Below are positions 36,876 to 49,600 of a stretch of DNA of 64,000 nucleotides, piece after piece (within the stretch, counting starts at the first letter, position 1; each line of letters begins with the position of its first letter). Position numbers and translations under genes: made by a program. The notes under the pieces were generated by a model. It had not been told where the DNA came from, made no database searches, and saw only the letters and a program-made list of their open reading frames with translations. The stretch lies in contig NC_087245.1 in assembly GCF_037042905.1 (NCBI RefSeq), forward strand, positions 1,426,001 to 1,490,000. Direction: 5' to 3'. The DNA comes from Lytechinus pictus (lineage: Eukaryota).

Positions 36876-39757
36876 TAGTCCAGGATAGGCCCCATAGACA
36901 AGGGGTCGAACCTTGTTTTTTTAGATATACAATGTTTTTTGATGGTTTCTTGTCAATTCGAGGGTGCTGATTCCGAATCTGAATGATGCCACTCTTGTAA
37001 CCTTGAGCATTTTCCGCAAATTGGCAAAATCCAATATGGCCGCCAAAATATGCAAATTACCCATGAAAATCATAAAATTGCCAACACATTAGCTATAAAA
37101 TGCATGTAGTTGTTGTGCAGAAGTGAAATACCAATTGGAAAAGCGATATTTGACAAAATATTTATTTTATTGATATTCAAAATGGCCGCCATAACCCCTG
37201 TATACTTTATTACTTTAGCTCGAGCTAAAGCCGGGGTAATAATAGCAGCGCTTTGTATCCTCTGGCAAAAAGCGCTTTATAAATCCAACTATTATTATTA
37301 TTATTATTATGTAGAATATGAATGGGGAAAATATTTTTTCAAACAAGAACACTATTATTGCATGTGATTGTGACCTGCGAGTGGACTACTGTCTGAAAAC
37401 ATGACTATTAACAAAACTATGTCATTTGTATACTATCTAATGTGATCAATGCTGTATTATGATATTCAAAATGGCTGTCATTATAGACCCCTTATACTGT
37501 GTACAATATATAAAAGGGGACAAATAATTTTCACAACCTTTGAATTTGTTTGACTTTAAAATGCCAATAACTGCGAAATATTGGTGTAACACTGTCTGAC
37601 AACAAGGATTTCTAACGAAACATATCATTTCCCTTGCAATTTCGGTAATTATGCTGCATGTTGACATTCAAAATGGCTGCCATAGGCCCTATCTGTATTA
37701 TGAACAAAGCGAATAAAGAAACTAATTTTTACAAGAGTAAAAACAATAAAATGAATGTAATTGTAATCTATACGAGTGAAATATTGTCTAAACACATGAT
37801 TTCTGGCGAAACATATCATTTAATTTTTCATGCATGAGATAAATGCTGTATTGTAAAATTCAAAATGGCCCCTATGGGCCCTTACAGTATTATCTACAAT
37901 GTAAATGGGGACAAATACTTTTGAAAGAATTAGGATTTGCCTGACTATGAAATCCATATAATTCTTTTGTATAAGGAAAATATTGTTTGAAAACGTGATT
38001 TTTTAAATGAAATATAACATTTCCTCTCCCATAGGTGATAAATACTGTATTTTGACTTTCAAAACGGCCGCACAAGCCCCTACAAATTCTGTAACATGCG
38101 TATAGGGAAACTAATCATCACCAGAATGAGAACCAAAAACGCACGTAACTATGTGATGTATGGGTAAAATTTGGTCTTGAACATGATTTCTGACTAAATA
38201 CATCACATAATGGTTGAGAAGGTAATAAAGGCCTTACTTTGAAATTCAAAATTGCTGCCATAGCCCAAAGTAGTATGTACATTGTAACTGGGGACAGATA
38301 ATTTTGACAAATTTTTTACTATGAAAATGGCTTAATTTTGATGTAAGTGTTAAGTATTGTCTAAACCCAATGATTTCTAACGAAATATATCATAGCTTGT
38401 GTCATAAAGGTGATGAATGCAGCCTTTTAAAAATGAAAAATGGCCGCCATAGTCCCTTATCTTAATATGTAAAATTTGAATGGGGAAAGATAATTTCCAC
38501 AAAGAAACATATTGCAGCCATTTTGAAATTTAAATATAGCATTTATCACCTAAATAACATAAGAAATGATCTATTTGGTTACAAAATCATATTTTCAGAC
38601 GATATTTCACTCATACATGCAACACCATTTAGTCAAGCAAAGCCAAATTCTGTTAAAATTATATGTTCCCATTCACAAAGTACATAATAGGCCTACTGTT
38701 ATGGCCTGTAGCGGTCATTTTGACTTTCAAAATACATTATTTATCACCTACCTGGCAGAATGAATGATATATCTTGTTAGGAATTATGTTTTCAGACAAT
38801 ATTTTACTCTTAAATCACAATTATATGCATGTTATGGTGCTGACTCATGTGAAAATTGGTTTCCCAGATCGATTGTACATAATACAGTCAATGTCTTTTG
38901 GCGGCCATTTTGAAAGTCAAAATACAATATTTAACACAAATATGAAACCCGAATAATATATTTCGTTGCAAATTATATTTGAAGACAGTATTCCACTAAT
39001 TTACCACAAAAAATACGTTTTAGTGCTCACCTTGTGATTGTTTTTGTCCTCTCTTACATCGTAGATCATAATTTTAGGGCCTTTGGCGGTCATATTAAAT
39101 ATCAAAATACAGGGTTTATCACATACATGGCATGTTAAATAATAAATTTCGTTAACAAAAATGTTTTTAGTCAGTATTCCACTCGTTTATCTCAACAAAA
39201 TGCATTTTAGTGCTCACTCTTGTGATTTTTTTGTGTCACCATTCACATTGTACATAATAGTGTTAGGGCTTTTGAAGGCCATTTTGAATATCAAAATACA
39301 GGATTTATCACATAACTGACATAACAAATGATATATATCGTTAGCAATCATGTTTACAGACATTGCTTCACTCATAGATCATAATTACTTGCATTTCAGT
39401 GCTCAATTTTGTAAAAAATAATTTTCCCCATTCATATTGTACAGGGGTCTATGATGGCGGCCATTTTGATATCAAGAAAATAAATATTTTGACAAAAATC
39501 ATTTTTTCTGATATTATTTCACTCTGGCAGCACAATTGCATGTACTTTAAAGCCAATGTGTGGACAATTTTATGATTTTCATGGGTAATTTGAATATTTT
39601 GGCGGCCATATTGGATTTTGCAAATTTGCAGAAAATGCTCAAGGTTACACGAGTGGCATCATTCAGATTCGGAATCAGCACCCTCGAATTGACAAGAAAC
39701 CATAAAAAACATTGTATATATAAAAAAACAAGGTTCGACCCCTTCTATCCTGGACTA
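36876..39757. mobile_element. Foldback-type element: long terminal inverted arms plus mirror-image arrays of ~190-bp subrepeats
   Basis: TAGTCCAGGATAG...CTATCCTGGACTA ends; about 300 bp of clearly alignable inverted arms; AAAATGGCCGCC motif forward in the left half and reverse in the right half. Confidence 0.85.
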
Positions 39758-39765
39758 TTTCGTTT

Positions 39766-39875
39766 TCGGACTAAACCTTCGAAATTACGAACCTTCGGAA
39801 TTACGAACCTTTGGCGGAATAACGAACCTTCGGAATATTCGAACCTTCGGAATAACGAAGCGTCAGAATTACGAA
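39766..39875 (+). repeat. ~16-bp tandem repeat (ACGAACCTTCGGAATT), probable terminal array of a truncated transposon
   Basis: About 6 degenerate copies read directly. Confidence 0.75.
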
Positions 39876-40679
39876 TGTATGCGGCCCCTATGGGTATAAC
39901 GAAAGAAAACGTGAATATAAGGAGAATGAAAAACTCTACCATGACCCATGGTCGCTGCGTCGGTAATCGGTACGGATATTTGTCGGTAATCTGGGCCTCC
40001 ACCCCCCCCCCCGGCCCCACTGGAAAAGACCATATAGCGACGCCCCTGGCGTCAAGTAGCCTATACCCTATAACATCCGGGACCTAAGTAAAAAGATAAT
40101 AATATGCATTGGCATAGCAACATACCTGGCTCATTGCATAACCCATATAGAAAATTATTATCCTTTGAAAGCCCCCCCCCCCCCCTCCCCCAGTTATGGC
40201 CGCCATATTATTGCAGTGATCTGAGGTCGGATTCATCTATTTAAAGGACAAGTCCACCCTAACAAAAAGTTGAATTGAAAAGAAGGAGAAAAATCCAACA
40301 AGCAAAACACTGAAAAGTTCATCAAAGTCGCATGTACTGACTCTTTTATAGCGTTCAGATCCAGGTAGGGGTAAATCCGGTCCGTGCCCCCCCCCCCCCC
40401 CCCCCCCCCCCGCTTGAGAGCCATAAAAAATATTATTTGGGGAATATGTCATGCATTATCAATTAATGACCTTTTTTTTTCTTTCTTTTTTTTATTTGCT
40501 TGTCAAATATATTCTGACATTTCTGTCTGGGAGACGGCGTCCTGTGAATAATGAGCATATGATGATACGTCTCCACCCTTTTCTTGATTTTTAAGCATTA
40601 TTAAGTATTTTCGAAAGAATATATCTGTCTTCAATTTAAAGCCTCTTTAAATAGATGAACGGAACACCCTGTTATCATG

Positions 40680-42094
40680 CGCGGATCCGCCCCCCCCCTA
40701 TTTTTGGCAACCCAAGAAATAATGTCCTTTTAACGAGATAGAAACGATGAAAAAAAAACAGAAAGAAAAGTACGAAGGAGGTATTATACCCATGTTTAAT
40801 TTACAGCCTCGTAACGGCCGGCCCGATCCCAGACCTACTTGCAGTGGCACCGCATCCTGCATGTTCTGTTAGTTCACAAAATGTACTAGTAGGTAAACCA
40901 CGCTACCGCATCTGCTCGCATCAAGACTTTCTCATGCACATGGGTCTCCTGCACCCCATCAACGGCCGATTAGCTCTGCATAGGAGGATTACCATAATTA
41001 TGTGCACAAGTAGGCTGTAAAACAGTATTTAAAAAATGCTTAAAATGTCCTGTTTTCAGGCCTTAATATCAACAGATTTCGAGCTCTCATTAATATTAGA
41101 TTGATAGATAAGGTAATAGTTTCATGAATTCCTAATAATGAAATTGTCCCTTTTTTCATAATGCTGGAATGACGATATCACAAGTTTCATCTCGCGATTA
41201 GGAAGAGGAATAGGAAAATTAGTAATTTTCATATGATGACAGAATGTCTTTAAAATTTCCCCGGGTGCTTGGTCTATCGGCTCGCGCTTCGCGCTCGCAT
41301 CATTCAAGTACGATCCACATCCACTTCACAATTTTTCTACAATGCTTGAAATAGTGCTTAAATTGACCCTCTTCAGAACGCCTTCAATTTTTTTCAGCTC
41401 GCGCTTGCGCTTTATCATTGTTTTTCCATAATAAAAGAAATATATCTAGAATGCAGATTCAAATCTCAAAAACACGCTGTTTGTTCTTTATTCAAAACGT
41501 GCTTGAATTATCCAGTGTCATATCATAATATCAGAAATTTCCCTCTCGCGCTTCGCGCTTGCATTATTAATGTAGGAAAATACCCAATTAGTCATCATTT
41601 TTGTGATTTACGAAACATAAATAGTGTATAGTAATGTTCAGTTAATTGTATGATTACAAAACGTGCTTAGAATGTCCAATTCTTAGGTCGAAATGTCATA
41701 ATTGTTGAAATATGTATATTGTTTGCATGGGTAACTGCAAACAGTTCTGTTTTCCATCAGGCCAGAACGTACAGTATATTAAAAATTTCTGCTAGCGATT
41801 CGCGCTCGCAGTAATTATTTAGTTACATACACAGCTTGTTCACGATCACAATCATTGCTCAGAATGTTCAATTTTCAGGACAAAATACATGAAATTTCCG
41901 TCAAAAATTAGCTCGCGCTCGTACTATTCAATTAGGCTTATATGACATAATTAATTTAGCTCAGAAGTGACTGTTAAGACTACCCCTTCAAAGAAACAAA
42001 TGAAAATCAACTTTGAGCGGCCGATCGGGGAAAATATGGGTTAAATTTTTTTCGCCCCCCCCCCCCCTATTGGCGAAAGCTTGATCCGCCCCTG
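40680..42094. mobile_element. Degenerate non-autonomous DNA transposon with repeated GCTCGCGCTTCGCGCTCG motifs
   Basis: GCGGATCC near the left end, GATCCGCCCCTG at the right end; boundaries approximate. Confidence 0.5.
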
Positions 42095-42341
42095 GTTATA
42101 TAGAATACTATTTGAAAGTATTTGTAAAAATATTGTTATTTTCTTTTTGCGAGATGGTGTTGAGTCTACTAGCGGCCCTTTTAATCGATGAACAAAAGAC
42201 CCCGTAAAATCACTATTTTTTATTATTATGATGATTTAAAGTATAAATTTGTAAAAACATTGTTGTTTTCTGTTCGGAGATGGTGTCCTGTGAATGATGA
42301 GCCTGCTCACCACTCAGAATATACCCTTTTTCTTAATTTAA

Positions 42342-42883
42342 AGGTCAAGTCCACCCCGAGAAAATGTTGATTTGAATCAATATAGCAAAATCTTACAAGC
42401 ATATAATGCTGGAAAAAATCGGATGTAAAATAAGAAAGTTGTCAAAGTGTCGCTTATTTTTCTCAAAACGTTGATGATGAGCGATGATGTCCATCGCTCA
42501 CTATATTTCCTTTGTCTTAATTATACAGTATTTCAATTTTTACAGAATTGACAATAATTAAAAACTTGACTGAACCATAATTATAATGACAATGTTAATT
42601 CTACATGTTCAGGGAGGAATACAACTCGATTTCACATGACACTGAAGGGGGAGAAAATCAGAATATTTCATATTTCATGAAATAAAATACAAAAGAAATA
42701 GTGAGTGGGTGACGTCATCAGTCCCCTCATTTGCATACCGACCAGGATAGCTGTTGTGTGAAATTAAGCAAAATTTTAAAATGTTATATAGTTTTCTTAT
42801 TTTACATCCGATTTTGATGAAACTGATATGCCCGTTGGATTTTTCTCTTTTCATTGAAATCAACTTTTTGTTGGGGTGGACTT
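42342..42883. mobile_element. Kolobok-like palindromic MITE, reverse-orientation copy
   Basis: TTAA|AGGTCAAGTCCACC ... TTGGGGTGGACTT. Confidence 0.8.
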
Positions 42884-43178
42884 CTGATTTTGCCAACAAA
42901 AGAACATATTTATTTTCTGTCTACTTCACTTTCCCTTTAAAAGTGTAGGTTAACGGAACGCCCTGTCAGGTTATCTCTTTTTACATTTTTAAAGTATTTT
43001 GTCAGACTATTGTTAACGTACGTGCATGGTTCTCTCTGTTATAATCTATTTCTATCTCCCCTTAATGTTTTTTCCACTATTCTTGGTAGCCAACAACACC
43101 ATGAATTAGTAATGTACGTTAGTGATAGCATATTCCAGGGAAGATTGCTATCTCCACAGGTGCAGGGTTCTTATTACT

Positions 43179-43441
43179 TTCGGAGAATGGACTATTAGAT
43201 AACTAAGTATTTGAACTTTGTAAACAGCCATAGGCCTAATGGGAGGTCGACGAGCTGCTTTCCGGGAAGTTTGACGTCAACGTACTACGTCAAGGATCGA
43301 GGGAAGTAAATAAGTACTGCGCATGCTCACTCAGAGTTTCCAGTTCAGTGGTACAGCCTGTTATCCTGGAACAGCATGCTAGCCAGCCATATGCATGCAC
43401 AGCTGCTAGCTAGCAGCAGACGACGCGGCGATTTCCAAGAA
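43179..43441 (+). promoter_or_regulatory. Proximal promoter cluster: three STAT GAS-like sites (TTCN3GAA) and a palindromic CRE
   Basis: TTCGGAGAA 43179-43187, TTCCGGGAA 43260-43268, TTCCAAGAA 43433-43441, TGACGTCA 43272-43279. Confidence 0.55.
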
Positions 43442-43520
43442 CTTGAAAAGAAAACAAGACTCGTCGACTCTGATCTTGCCAGTTGCATTGCATTGCCACT
43501 AAACCGGTCTAACAAGTTAG

Positions 43521-43555
43521 TATAAAAAGCTGGCTGTGAGGTAAAAATTTCATTA
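43521..43555 (+). promoter_or_regulatory. TATA box and initiator of the A2M-like gene
   Basis: TATAAAA at 43521, TCATT Inr-like motif with A at 43552 (31 nt downstream), ATG at 43605. Confidence 0.7.
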
Positions 43556-43604
43556 GCCTTCAACTCTTCATACTACCTCGTCGTGATCAACATCAGGATC
43601 AACG

Positions 43605-43690
43605 ATGGTTTGGTCAAATGTAGCTTTGTTAGCTGTGTGCTTCGTATTATCGCTGTCTGCCGTGCAGTTTGGTGGAGCCGAAGTCGAAAG
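43605..43690 (+). CDS. A2M: A2M-like exon 1, signal peptide (MVWSNVALLAVCFVLSLSAVQFGGAEVE)
   Basis: Hydrophobic N-terminus, AG|gtgag donor, phase 2. Confidence 0.88.
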
Positions 43691-46600
43691 GTGAGTTTTT
43701 ATAATTATATAAGGTCTTTGAGCTCATCGTATGCATGCAGAATGGCGTGGCGGGCGGTGCCGCCCCGGAGGCGCCCGGAGCACTACGCTCGAGCGTCGAG
43801 GGTGCGGTGCACAACAGTGCACAGCATGTACCCCTGATCCAAATGTGAACGCTAGTATTTGTGCCAATTAGTAATGCCCATCCCCAGTTTGTGCCCTTTT
43901 TTGTAAAGAGAATCTTTTTATTTGTTATTTTTCTTGTCAGATTATGGATGATAATTGGGCCGGCTTAATTGCTGCATTAATTTTGCAACTGCATTTCTGC
44001 AATAACTATCCTTTTTACTATTTTTAGTATACTATAATACCTCAATTATATGGATGAAGGTCTATCGTGACATGGAATCCTGACATCGAGGCACAAACTG
44101 GACCCTCAAAAAGAGGAAAAGAGCTGTCTCGTTCATTCTCCTTCTTTCAAAATTGAAAACAAAATGGCCGATCGGTATACCGAGAACGAACGCGACAGAG
44201 AGGTCTAACTTTTCCTTTCTTTGAGAGTCCAGTTTGTGCCTCGATGTCAGGATTCTGTGTCACAATAGACCTTCATCCATATAATCGAGGTAAGTGCATA
44301 ATTTATTTTTTCTCCTTTTATTTGGATTGCTAATGCGACCCATTCTACCCCATTTTGGAGAGTTCCCATGTCTGCCTAATAGAATACTACACGGACGAGT
44401 CCTGGGCAAAGCAAAGCGGGCCAGAGCTCCCTGGGTTAATTAATTTCTGGTATGAATAGGCTACCACTTCTCTCAGCTATATATATGCCTAGACCCTGTC
44501 CCTAGTTCATCTATATCGCAACTCATGCAACTTTTAAAGCTGAAGTTCACCCTGACATTAGGTTCATTTCAATAAAAGCTGAAAAATACCGGTGAAGGTT
44601 TGATGTACATAATTCATAAATCCATCAAGGAATAAGTAACCTATAAAATTTTAAGGTTTTTTTGGGGGGATGTCATATGCAAGCAACTACCCTATAAATT
44701 CCATTTGTTTTAATGGAACATATAAAGAATGAACAATATTTTTTCTCATAGAAGGGGTATGAAATGATGTATTCAACCCCACAAATGAAATCACTTTTTT
44801 GTTTTTTCAGAAATGAAATATGAATTTTATGTCAGACAGCATGCATGTATATGGAGCTGCTTGTCTGTGACATCTCAAGATATAATTATTCGTAACTCTT
44901 ATTTTTGTGGATTTAAATTAAACCTTCACTGGTATTCTTAATTTTTTTTGTTTTTATGTAAATCAACTTATTGTCACTGTCAGGGGATAATTTTCCATTT
45001 TAAGTAAAATTATATCCTTTGTTTTGTTTTCATTCATTTCATATTTTCTCATGCAAACATTGCATCAGGGGCTTAGTAATAACGTTTCCTGAGAAGGTCC
45101 ACCTGAATTCAACAGAAAGAGTATGTTTCACTGCCGCAAATGTCACAGGAAATATGCGTATCGAAGTGAAGTTTGTCTACGGGTTAGCAGTTGGACACAT
45201 TAGTGACTGGACTGGTGCAGAAACAGATGGATGTTTGAATATTTCTACACAGGTCAATCATGGATCTCTGCCTCGTGAAGTACATGTAAGTCGACACATT
45301 TAGATTTAAATTCTGGTTTCCTATTGATTTAAATGTTTCACAAGATTTTTTTTTGGTTAGTGGTTACGTCGTCCACTAATCTTTGTCTCATGATATTAGC
45401 CCTGATTATGTGTAAATCCATTTTAAGAATTGAATTGTAATCCTTATACATCATCAGGTCCCACCTGGTTAAATGGCAGTACTCGAACCCATAGTCAACA
45501 TGGTAAAAGGCTCTCTGTTAACTCACAGACACCCAGTATTTTTTAAATATAGTTTATTAAAGGAGAAGACGAGAAGTTCACCCTGATGAAGAGTTTATTG
45601 TAAGAATGGCAGAAAAATAAAAGATGTTGACGAGCAGCTTCCCCATATAGCCTGTATGTATCATGTAGTAAAATATCAATGAAATGTAATTTTCTAGTAA
45701 AAAATTGTTTTATTGTAGCTTCAATATAACACCAGACAGATCATTTCTCATCCATTCCTGAAAGAAACACATTTTTTATTCATTTTATTCATCATGAATC
45801 ATTAAAAAATTGAAATTTATGCATTTTATATTCTATAAGCAGCTGTATAAAAAAACTTTACATTCTAATAACTTTCTTTATCTTTGATGGGTTTTCCTCA
45901 AACCTTCATCAATGCATTAAAATTGTCGGTATATAGAGTAGCAAGCAGGAGGGCACCAGGCCCCATCAGGATATAGCTCCTTGTAGGAATTCCAGTGGTG
46001 ATGCAGAACTTTGTTTTCATTGTAGTTGTTTATATGTCCAAAGGAACTGTTGTCATGCTTGTGCCATATTCGTCTGTAGAGAGTGTGTGCTTTCAATAAG
46101 ACATCACTTTTATTATTATTATTATTATTACATTTTACTATTTTCTGATATTTTTACAGCAAACTCTTCTCAGGGAAACTTACCCTTAAAGGACAAGTCC
46201 ACCCCAACAAAAACTTGATTTGAATAAAAAGAGAAAAATTCAACAAGCATAACACTGAAAATTTCATCAAAATCGGATGTAAAATAAGAAAGTTATGACA
46301 TTTTAAAGTTTCGCTTCATTTCACAAAACAGTTATATGCACATCTCGGTCGGTATGCAAATGAGGGAACTAATGACATCACTCACTCACTATTTCTTTTG
46401 TATTTTATTATATGAGATATGAAATACATGTATTTTGATTTTCTCGTCATTGTCATGTGAAATGAAGTTTCATTCCTCCCTGAACACGTGGAATTCCATT
46501 ATTTTAACATTTTGTGGTTCAGGCAAGAAGGTCCTAATCGTCAAATCGTAAAAATTGAAATACTGTATAATTCAAACAATAAAAACCAAAAGAAATAGTG

Positions 46601-49600
46601 AGTGAGTGACATCATCTACTCTCTCATTTGGATGTAACTGGCTCGTTCATATAACTATTTTGTTAAAAATAAGCGAAACTTAGAAATGTCATAACTTTAT
46701 TATTTCACATCCGATTTTGATGAAATTTTCAGCATTGTGCTTGTCTGATTTTTCTCAATTGATTCAAATCAACATTTTTCTGAGGTGGACTTGACCTTTA
46801 ACTTAAAGCAGTGTTTTGTCATTATTTTTACTATTATATTATTAAATTATAATAACAAATATTATTATTATTGATATTATCATATTGTTAGTATTATTAT
46901 TATCATCATTCTTATTATCATCATTCTTATTATTGTTGTTGTTTGTTGGTCGCACCATCAAAATGATATGAAAACTAAATTGAAAAGAGAGAAAAACTGG
47001 GTAAAGAAAACATTTTGTAAATTGTCTGATGATCATGAATCTTTTGTTGATGTGAAATACATGTAGATTAACCTTGGAAACTTTTCTCTAAACATCTTGA
47101 ATGTTAATATCATCTCAAACTGAAAATCATATTCAGTGTAGCGTAATCCTGAGTCATCCTGAGAAGACCCAAGTGGAATGATTGCACAGTTTCCAAATAC
47201 AAAAACGTTATTTTGAATTTAATATGGTTAGAATCGCCATCGTCCTCCAAGACAAGGGCAGATTGATTTGGAATGGTATGTTGAAAGGACACCAGGTATT
47301 CTGACCTTGGAAAAAACATACATCAGAAATGTCGCTGTTGTGCCTCTCAGGACTCAGACCTTTATCCAGTCAGATAAACCAATCTATCAACCAGGACAAA
47401 AAGGTTAGTTTTAGGGTCAATTTCTAAGCTGAAAAGTCAAATTAAATATTGGATGTTGTTACGAGCTCTACAAAACTATGTAAGGGAAGTTTGACTGTTG
47501 AAATCGAAAATGGGTCACAAATTTTTTTCATAAAGACAACTTTGCAGCTAATTATAGACTCTTTGTTTTTAGAAATAGCGTCATTAGCAAGATACATGTA
47601 GGTAACATAGTAGAACTGACTTAGTGCCTGATATGTGATTAAAGAAATTGAAATGGAAGATCTGTAATTCTGTATTATTGTGCAAGTGTAGGCCTACATG
47701 TAATTGCTGCATTTTTATGTTCTCCAACAATATTAGGGTTATGTATTATGATTGTTCTTTAAAACATATTTTGAAGTGATACCTGATGATAAATTGAATG
47801 GATATGAAGCAGTTTTATTTATTGTTAACAAAAACTGTTCTTTTGATTTGTAGTGCATCAGTGAATGTTCAAATGATTGGGTGTTTAATTGGAGGACCCT
47901 TCTGTGTGTATTAAACATATCATGTATCTCTTTACAGTTCTTTTCCGAGTGATGACTTTACTATACCCCAGCTTGCTTCCTGATACTGAAAACGTAAGTA
48001 GAGAAAATATTTTTCAGAAATTTGTGACTGGTTTTGATCAGAATTTTAAAACAGATGTTTTTTTCCTCTGTGTTTGAGTAATCAATAAACACAGAATCAT
48101 GTTTTATGACCAGGAAAAATTTGCATGTGTTTTTAAGACAAAATGTAGAAACAAGGCGAACATGGTAACTATTATTGGTAGTGGTACAAGCATACACACC
48201 AAATGGTGTAGTAATTGAACTAACAGCTGTGTTTATGATCATTTGTTATGATGTTTAAATTGTTTTGTGTAGGTTTTCCAGTAGACAAGTTTTTTTTTTT
48301 TAATGAACAAATCAATGACCAGAATGATCACATTTTGTTTTCAAAATGACAGAGGAATGATATTTGGGTTACGTCTCCCAGTGGGACAAGAATACAGCAG
48401 TGGAGAAATCAAATCAGTAGTGATGGCCTGCTTGATGTGACCTTTGAGCTTGCTGAAGAACCTGAGCTTGGAGACTGGAGGATACATGTTCAAGTGTTTC
48501 ATCCTCGTAGAACAGTAACAACATCACAAGTCTTTAAAGTTCAAGAATATGGTGAGAAATCAATTAGACTTTTGATGTGTTCTAACCTGGACCATTAGTA
48601 CAGTATTTGACCATGACACATATCAGATTTATAAGATAGGCCTATGAGAAATTATAATTCAGAATTTGACATTTGAAATATAATGATAATGAATATGAAA
48701 TCAAATGGGGTCATAAAATAGAAGTAAAAAGCGAGAAAAAAAAAACATCATAGAAGATGGTTGCATAAACAAAATAAATATACTGGTTTTATCATGTTTG
48801 TAACTGATATATATTTGGCATGGATCTTCAGTTTTCTATATGTTGAGAAAGAGGAACATTATATTTCATTGGTGTGTATATGTGATTATGTGGGTACATC
48901 ATAAAGGGATGTAGGCAAGAAACTCTTTTTTCATTGTTGATGCTAGGGAACCAGTTGGGGAAGGCGGGGTAAGTTGAGCCACCACCCCCAGGCCGATAAT
49001 GAATGAGTCAGACATTGTTCTGGTGCTATATATTAATGACCCATTGCATAACCCCTTACCCCACCACTTTGTTTTCAACGTTGAGGGAAAAATACAAATT
49101 TCAGTAAAAAAAAGGGTGTGAAATACATAAGCACTTTTTACCTACATGCATCTTTGAATATAATAAGGGCATAAAAACTCTATTGTCAGTCCAGGTCTTG
49201 ATCCTCCTTCTTGTCATAGTCTTTTACATGATGGATGCAAAAGAATGTGAAAAATCACATTAAGTTCTTACTGGGGTAGATTGAGCCAGCCAACATGGGG
49301 TAAGTTGAGCCATGATAATTCATAAAAAGCCATTGATATGCAGGCAGAAAAGACCAAATTCACAAGACAGGCGTTTTACTTTTACAGGATGTTAATGCTG
49401 GTTCTTGTGACTCTTGTCCCATACCTTTTGTACATGGCTTTTGTGGTTCAACTTACCCCAGAAGGTGGCTCAACTTACCCAAGAAGATGGCTCAACTTAC
49501 CAAGGGGTGTGGCAAGTAAAGTTGAGCCATTTGACATATTTTTTCAAAGGTCACAGTGACTTTCAGTGAGGGGGTAGAATGTTATACTGTATGTAGGTAA

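Noticed and set aside
39766..39875. Heat-shock element array (GAAnnTTC)
   Set aside because: TTC-to-GAA spacing is 0-1 nt rather than the 2 nt an HSE needs; better explained as a transposon terminal repeat.
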